From a plasmid, in sequence record CP089609.1: a stretch of 64,000 nt of DNA, one strand, 5' to 3'. Position numbers and translations under genes: made by a program. Under the pieces are notes generated by a model. It searched no databases and had not been told where the DNA came from. It was given only the letters and a program-made list of their open reading frames with translations. Within the stretch, counting starts at the first letter, position 1. The number at the start of each line of letters is the position of its first letter. Positions 58,682 through 64,000 of the stretch are shown in pieces.

Positions 58682-59320
58682 CTAACCGAACAGCGGTGCG
58701 AGCCGCGGATCCTGATGCCACCGCTCCGGCGCGAGCGCCACCGACGTCAACACCGCGGTCACAGGAACCACCGGCCCAACCAGCTGCACAGGCGAAGACC
58801 CCGCGAACCGCATCGTCAACGACCAACTCGTCAGATCCGGATAGAACTCGGAAATAGTGCCGAAATACACAGGCATCCAACCGAACTGGGCAATATTCAA
58901 CAACAGGCGCTGGTTGGTACCGATCACACCGATCGCCTGGTGATCACGCCACTGCACTGCCGCCTCACGCTGCGCACGCACCTTCCGGCGATGATTCACA
59001 TAACCAGTAGCAGCCAGCGCACCCACGGTGAACGCTGGACTGCCCAACGCCAGCATCCCCGTCGTGCTGTAAGTGCCGTCGCCGCCATACATGCGCGCAT
59101 ACTGGGCCTGGCCATGAAAGAACGCATACTCGCCCGGATTGAACACCGGCCCAAACACCTGAATCTCCGGTGGCGCTGATCGACCAAGGAACGCCGCCGC
59201 GGCCGAACGCGCGTAATCCCACCACACCTCCGGTTCGGTCGGCCCATCTGGCTCAGGTGCCTTCATCGCCGCCGCGGTCGCCTTCGCGGCCTTCGACACC
59301 AACTCCCGCCAGTCCGACAC
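58682..59320 (-). CDS. hypothetical protein
   Basis: 212-aa ORF. Confidence 0.5.
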   Translation of the reverse strand: MSDWRELVSKAAKATAAAMKAPEPDGPTEPEVWWDYARSAAAAFLGRSAPPEIQVFGPVFNPGEYAFFHGQAQYARMYGGDGTYSTTGMLALGSPAFTVGALAATGYVNHRRKVRAQREAAVQWRDHQAIGVIGTNQRLLLNIAQFGWMPVYFGTISEFYPDLTSWSLTMRFAGSSPVQLVGPVVPVTAVLTSVALAPERWHQDPRLAPLFG

Positions 59321-59507
59321 GATGACCTCCCCCGAACCTGTTGTGGTCAGTATCTCTCAGCGTCGGCCAGCTTTCAGGATGTCCAAGAATGCGCAAAGCC
59401 CGAGCGCCACGGTCGTCCGGCCGGGTCTCGGGCTCACTTCCTGAAGCTATTGCTCCAGACTCACAGGACTATACGCCTCTGGAGATCCCCCGCACTGCTG
59501 TCGCAAA

Positions 59508-60017
59508 GTGGGCACACCTTGGCATGGAAGAAGAGGGCATGATGACGGAGCGGACGGCAGCGCGCCAGATGAGGCGTCGATCGCGAAGGCGGCAAGTGAG
59601 CTGGTGACCTGGACCCGGGCCGAGCGCGCGGTGCGTGGTGACGACGATGAGCACGCTGCCTGGCTCGACGAAATTCTCGCCAACCTGGAGCCGTTGGCCA
59701 CTGACATGGCCGATGCGCAGACGTCGATGGCGATGCGGCGGGTAGTCCAGCCACACGGCGGCAAAGGCCGATGGTCAATCGAGGATCTGGCAGCGATGAC
59801 CGGCTGCGGTACGGAATCGGTGCGGCGGATGCTGGATCCGTCCGCAGAATTCATACCAACCTTCACACCACCTGGAAAGCGTTCGCTGACCGGTCGAGCA
59901 CATACTTGCGGTATACCCAGGTCGCCCGGTAACGCGACTGGTCAGGCAGTCGAGCAGATCTTGCCGTCGAGAAGTTGCTGGATCGGAGATTTGCTGCTCA
60001 GGGAAGCGCGATCCTAA
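59508..60017 (+). CDS. HTH protein, paralog of 50358 gene
   Basis: EHAAWLDEILANLEPLA...GRWSIEDLAAMTGCGTESVRRMLD parallels 50358 product; start and end uncertain. Confidence 0.4.
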   Translation: MGTPWHGRRGHDDGADGSAPDEASIAKAASELVTWTRAERAVRGDDDEHAAWLDEILANLEPLATDMADAQTSMAMRRVVQPHGGKGRWSIEDLAAMTGCGTESVRRMLDPSAEFIPTFTPPGKRSLTGRAHTCGIPRSPGNATGQAVEQILPSRSCWIGDLLLREARS

Positions 60018-60309
60018 GCGCTTTGCTGATCTGCTGCATGGTTGGTAGCGACAGGGTGCCGACGGATTCGGTGAGTTCGTCATGGTAGAGCTGCACGATG
60101 TCGTCGACCAGGACGAAGCCGACGAGAGGATCGGCAGCGGTCAGCGGCACCACCGTGGGGACATGCGCATTCTTGCTCGTCGTGGTGATCCGGGCGGCCA
60201 GCACGGTATCCAAATTGCGGTTGCGTGCGTTGTTGCTCAGGATCACCCACGGCTTCTTGCCGTGTCCGAGGTCCACCCGGAAGGCCTGGCTGCGCACACC
60301 CCGATTCAC
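59998..60309 (-). CDS. MazF/PemK-family endoribonuclease toxin
   Basis: RVDLGHGKKPWVILSNNARNRNLDTVLAARITTT matches MazF/PemK core. Confidence 0.7.
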   Translation of the reverse strand: MNRGVRSQAFRVDLGHGKKPWVILSNNARNRNLDTVLAARITTTSKNAHVPTVVPLTAADPLVGFVLVDDIVQLYHDELTESVGTLSLPTMQQISKALRIALP

Positions 60310-60611
60310 AGATGAGCCTCGGTCCGGCGCGTGTACCGGTCACGTGCCGTCCGGCGCTCGACATGGGCTGGTTCACTGTTGAACTCGCTGGCCAGGTGGG
60401 CGTATCCGGCGTCGAGCACATGCTCACGCAGGGCTTCGGCCCCGGCCGCAAGCAAAGCGCGCAACGCGCCTGCCTCGGACTTGACGTCACCCTCGCCGCG
60501 TTGACTTGCCCACTGGCGCAACACTTCAAAGGCGGCGGACTGCTCGTCAAGGTAAGGCGCGATGACCGCTTCGTCGGCGTCCTTGAGGATCAGACTGACT
60601 CTCTTACTCAC
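60306..60611 (-). CDS. cognate antitoxin of MazF-like toxin
   Basis: ATGA overlap upstream of toxin. Confidence 0.55.
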   Translation of the reverse strand: MSKRVSLILKDADEAVIAPYLDEQSAAFEVLRQWASQRGEGDVKSEAGALRALLAAGAEALREHVLDAGYAHLASEFNSEPAHVERRTARDRYTRRTEAHL

Positions 60612-60706
60612 AGTGCAAAATATACACCTGAAATCGGCGCATGATTACGCGCAGAACAGCGCGCGCCACCGCCACCCGCTACGCGGGCTAGTAGCCACCC
60701 CTACGT

Positions 60707-61192
60707 TTAGTGGACGCGAAGGGACTTGCGCGTATATCGCGCTTGAAAGGTGATACCGCCCCAACCCCCGCACGCGTTGACTGCGGCATAGGTCAGCTGC
60801 TGGCCAGGAGTAGCCACACCGCTGCGTAAGCACCGCACCGTGATACCAATGACACTGCCCGAATTCAGCTTTCGCTCGTGCTCCTGAAAAATAATGGCCA
60901 TCTGCCGAAGCTCGCGCACTGAAACCCCCATCCCCAGGTACCAGTACAGAGCGTTGGCCTGAGCCGCCGGCGCCGTCGTCCAAAAAGCACGGTTAGCTCG
61001 CCGCGCAGCGCTGAGATGCCGCCCCAACCGCCACCTCGCGTAGCGGCCTATCGGGAGATCACGATCGGCGAGTGTAGCGGCGAAGGCGTCAAGTTCTGCC
61101 GCTACATTCAACTCAGGATTGTCCGCAGCGCACTCTTGCGCGGACCGAGACGACTTCTTCACGACGAAGTCAGGGACGACACCTGTGGCCAT
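60707..61192 (-). CDS. hypothetical protein
   Basis: 161-aa ORF; operator copy 11 lies 103 bp upstream. Confidence 0.45.
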   Translation of the reverse strand: MATGVVPDFVVKKSSRSAQECAADNPELNVAAELDAFAATLADRDLPIGRYARWRLGRHLSAARRANRAFWTTAPAAQANALYWYLGMGVSVRELRQMAIIFQEHERKLNSGSVIGITVRCLRSGVATPGQQLTYAAVNACGGWGGITFQARYTRKSLRVH

Positions 61193-61294
61193 TTTCTACA
61201 TCTCCTTAAGGGCGGCCTTTAGTGAACTCGGACCTTCGAGGCGGCCGACCGGACCACATCACGATCCTCGCGGCATGTTGCTAACATCCCCGAA

Positions 61295-61320
61295 ATATAC
61301 ACCGCATCCGGTGTATCTAC
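61295..61320. promoter_or_regulatory. palindromic operator copy 11 (ATATACACCGcatcCGGTGTATCTAC)
   Basis: 9-bp arms. Confidence 0.55.
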
Positions 61321-61328
61321 AGCGATAG

Positions 61329-61619
61329 TCAGCCATCCTCCCCGCAGATGTCCGAATCTCCTCGCCAGATCTCCGTTGACCACACTTCTTCAGTTGCGAT
61401 GCTGATCACGAGGTTCCCGCCGAGCGCATCGGCGTAGCTGTTCAGCGTCTCGACGGTAAGCCGGATCGGATCAGTGCGTTCGATGGCGGACACTCGGGCC
61501 TGGGTGAGGCCCATACGGCCGGCCAGCTCCGCCTGGGTCACGCCGAGAGATTCCCGGACCGCGCGGAGCTTCAACCGGGCCGTCAGCGTCTCGTTTGCCA
61601 CCTCTTCACGATACAACAT
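61329..61619 (-). CDS. XRE-family HTH regulator
   Basis: LRAVRESLGVTQAELAGRMGLTQARVSAIER. Confidence 0.6.
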   Translation of the reverse strand: MLYREEVANETLTARLKLRAVRESLGVTQAELAGRMGLTQARVSAIERTDPIRLTVETLNSYADALGGNLVISIATEEVWSTEIWRGDSDICGEDG

Positions 61620-61646
61620 ATTTGTTGTACAATACAGTTGTTGTAT
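61612..61646. promoter_or_regulatory. tandem palindromes TACAACAtattTGTTGTA / ATACAgttgtTGTAT overlapping XRE gene start
   Basis: 7-bp inverted repeats in AT-rich stretch at XRE start codon; probable autoregulatory operator. Confidence 0.4.
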
Positions 61647-61737
61647 CCGGCGGCAACCCGGAAATAGTCCGGACCTGGGCATAGAATTTGCCTAGTAATG
61701 ATGTCCGCACCCTGGGATACTGCGTACTAGAGGGGAG

Positions 61738-62391
61738 ATGCCGATGACCACCACAGACCACAACGTCTGGGCACGCGGCGCAACCACGTCCGTAGTCGCC
61801 CCAGACACTGCACCACCGGCCCCGCCGACCTATTACCCGCCAACCACCGAGGGCGGACAGCCCTCGCCCGGCGGACCTCGCCGCAAGCTTCCACGCTGGA
61901 TCGCAACCACCGCGGTGATCGTCGCGATCGTCGGCGCCGGAGTCGGCGGCTGGGCACTGCGCGGCACCCAGAGCCCCGCGGCGACGCCGGCAACTCCTTC
62001 TGCAAGCCCGACAGCGGCTGCTCCCACCCTCACTGCTGAGCAGGCCAAGCAGCAGACGTGTGGGGCGTACAAGACCCTCGGCACTCAGTGGTCTGCGGCA
62101 TATCAGAAATGGCTGGCCGCATTGCCACAGCCATGGGCCTGGACTGATCCTGCGGTTAAGTCCGCTACGGCTGAATTCGATGCGACCGCCACTCAGGTGG
62201 CATCGCAGCTCGCACAGCTCACTGCGCCCGGCACGCCAGCCGACGTCGCCGCCACTGTGCGAGACGTCCGCCTCAAGATCGTCGACCTAGCAGCCAGCCA
62301 CGGTCAGACCGGCACTGGCGCCGAGACGGACGCAAAGATCGACGCGGTCGACACCGCAATGGCTGCCGCCAATAAGGTGTGCGGCATCTGA
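61738..62391 (+). CDS. membrane-anchored Pro/Ala-rich protein
   Basis: single TM after Pro-rich N-terminus. Confidence 0.5.
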   Translation: MPMTTTDHNVWARGATTSVVAPDTAPPAPPTYYPPTTEGGQPSPGGPRRKLPRWIATTAVIVAIVGAGVGGWALRGTQSPAATPATPSASPTAAAPTLTAEQAKQQTCGAYKTLGTQWSAAYQKWLAALPQPWAWTDPAVKSATAEFDATATQVASQLAQLTAPGTPADVAATVRDVRLKIVDLAASHGQTGTGAETDAKIDAVDTAMAAANKVCGI

Positions 62392-62394
62392 TCG

Positions 62395-64000
62395 ATGCCT
62401 TCCGTCGCCGACAGCCTTCCGCCCGGGAAATACGCGCACCGGATGGTGAAGGGCGCGTGGCCGGCGACGCCACAAGCTGCGATCGAGTCCGAGGAGCAGC
62501 GGTGGCGTCGCCTCCGTGACGCTGCACGGAGTACCTATCTCGATTCGTTGGAGAACAACCGGCAGCTACGGCAAGCGTTGCAGAGCGATGGGTTTGATGC
62601 GCTGCATCAGGATCGTGAGCTGGTGGCCAAGAACTGGGATTTTCTGGCCGAGACTCGTAATGATGCGATGCAGATTTTCAGGCAGGCGGCGGATGCCCGG
62701 GAGCTCCTCCGCGAGTCGATGTCGATGACGGTCTACCAGCGCCACCAGGAGATCGCTCTGGTGGAGGCCAATCCTCTGATCAAGGACGACGCCAAGAAGG
62801 CGTTCGTTGAAGCTCTTGTCGAGGAGACGAATGCGGAGTTGATCGCGCGGAGTGCGGCCGCCGGTGCAGCTTTAACCGCGGCGGCTAGCCAGCACTTGTC
62901 CTACCTGGCTTCTCTTCCTTGGCACATGTCGACCGCGGACGGCGCTACCTCGGCAGCTGCCCCACCCAGCAGTGGTGTTCAAGCAATGAACGCCGGCTGG
63001 AAACAAGCTCCTGCTCCTACCGAGACTGGATCCGGAAACGCTGGTCAAGGGCCGGGGGCAGGTGGTCAACGGCCGGGTCAGCAGCAGACCCCAGGCCAAG
63101 CCAAGGAAGACGCACCGGGAGCCGCTCAGAAGCCTGGCAATACGCAAAAGCCAGGGACAGACGGATCAACTCGGCCAGGAACCCAGAGTCCCGAGGGGGG
63201 GACACCAAGGCCTGGCTCAACGCAGTCTCCTGGGATCGCCCCCAGCGCACCGGGCACCGGTGGGAGTGCCCCCGGCCGAACACAAACACCCGCGAGCGCT
63301 CCGCTGACGCTTCCGCCGGTCGGCGGTGGTGGCGGGCCGGGTCTCGGTGGTGGTCCCGGTGGTGGATTAACTGGGCTGAGTGGTGGTGGCGGTGCTGGTG
63401 GGTTGAGGGTGCCGGGGAGTTTCGCCGGTCCGCCTCAGGGGTTGTTGCCGAGTCAGTTGGCGGGTGTTGGGCCGTCGAGTTCGTTGTCGTCGGTGCCTCA
63501 GGCTGCGGCGTCGGGGTTGTCTGGTGGTGGGGTGCCGAAGGCTTCGGTGCCGTTGCCGGTGCAGAGTCCTGTGACGCCGCCGCCGGCGGCTCCGGCAGCG
63601 TCGAATGTGGTGGCCGGTCCGGCTGGTGCGGCTTCTGGGGGGCCGAGTGTGCAGCCGGCGGGGTTGTCGCCGGCCGCTCCGGCTCCGGTGACGCAGGCGC
63701 CGGCGGCGGTGGCTGGGCCGTTGGGGCCGGCGCCGCCGTTGCCTACTCCTCCGCCGTCGGCGGCTGCTCCGCAAGTGGGGCCGGTGGCGCCGCCGGCGCC
63801 GCCGCCGTCTGTTGGTGGTGGGCCTGGGCCGTTTCATACTCCGCTGCCGCCCGTTGGTACACCGATGGTGCGACGTGGTCTGATCCAGGTCGCCGAGGAT
63901 CCGGACCTGATCCGTGCGCGGCAGCTGATTTGGGAGTTGATGTGGGCCGGGCGTCGGTATCCGTCGCTGGACTGGGCGGTCGGACTGCACCGCGGCCAGG
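62395..64000 (+). CDS. Gly/Pro/Ala-rich low-complexity protein with ~150-aa helical N-terminal domain (partial, runs off window end)
   Basis: uninterrupted reading frame from ATG 62395 to position 64000; absent from ORF track because no stop within window. Confidence 0.5.
   Translation, partial: MPSVADSLPPGKYAHRMVKGAWPATPQAAIESEEQRWRRLRDAARSTYLDSLENNRQLRQALQSDGFDALHQDRELVAKNWDFLAETRNDAMQIFRQAADARELLRESMSMTVYQRHQEIALVEANPLIKDDAKKAFVEALVEETNAELIARSAAAGAALTAAASQHLSYLASLPWHMSTADGATSAAAPPSSGVQAMNAGWKQAPAPTETGSGNAGQGPGAGGQRPGQQQTPGQAKEDAPGAAQKPGNTQKPGTDGSTRPGTQSPEGGTPRPGSTQSPGIAPSAPGTGGSAPGRTQTPASAPLTLPPVGGGGGPGLGGGPGGGLTGLSGGGGAGGLRVPGSFAGPPQGLLPSQLAGVGPSSSLSSVPQAAASGLSGGGVPKASVPLPVQSPVTPPPAAPAASNVVAGPAGAASGGPSVQPAGLSPAAPAPVTQAPAAVAGPLGPAPPLPTPPPSAAAPQVGPVAPPAPPPSVGGGPGPFHTPLPPVGTPMVRRGLIQVAEDPDLIRARQLIWELMWAGRRYPSLDWAVGLHRGQ

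Noticed and set aside
1-64000. tRNA, rRNA or tmRNA genes
   Set aside because: No cloverleaf-like segments with GTTCGAATC-type T-loops or rRNA-like conserved blocks were recognised by eye. A tRNAscan/Infernal run would be needed to be certain.

Overview
High-GC (~65%) actinobacterial window with Mycobacterium-like codon usage, many leaderless starts and 4-nt ATGA/GTGA gene overlaps. It is an accessory/mobile-type region packed with small hypothetical genes, not ordinary core genome. Main content: (1) A ~40-bp conserved promoter/start module, TGACCGG-N18-GGCATATACCTCAGG-N-C-ATG, occurs 7 times, each fused directly to a start codon (so leaderless). It drives a family of FtsK/SpoIIIE-derived degenerate NTPase-domain proteins and paralogous small membrane proteins. 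(2) A palindromic operator, TATACACC-N6-GGTGTATA, occurs 11 times immediately upstream of otherwise unrelated genes. These include an RNA-repair-like set (RNB exoribonuclease fused to a dsRBD, a P-loop kinase, a HAD phosphatase, an ATP-dependent RNA-ligase-like nucleotidyltransferase) and a kinase-like/cytidine-deaminase fusion resembling antiphage dCTP deaminases. (3) Other genes in the first 38 kb: a Dam-like MTase, a ParA-like ATPase, an ASCH-like protein, wHTH/Xis-like/RHH-like regulators. (4) An IS607-family insertion at about 38.7-41.3 kb (serine-recombinase TnpA plus TnpB). (5) A more chromosomal-looking block at 43-50 kb: SAM MTases, dienelactone hydrolase, TetR, cytochrome P450, a ThiF/E1-nitroreductase fusion. 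(6) A toxin-antitoxin-rich segment at 53-62 kb: PIN/VapC with an Xis-type HTH antitoxin, Phd/Doc, MazEF, RelE/ParE-like genes, XRE regulators. (7) A Gly/Pro/Ala-rich gene runs off the right end of the window. At least ten genes are interrupted by apparent single-nucleotide deletions, most in C/G homopolymer runs, so many apparent pseudogenes are probably sequence-quality artefacts. No rRNA, tRNA or CRISPR array was recognised.
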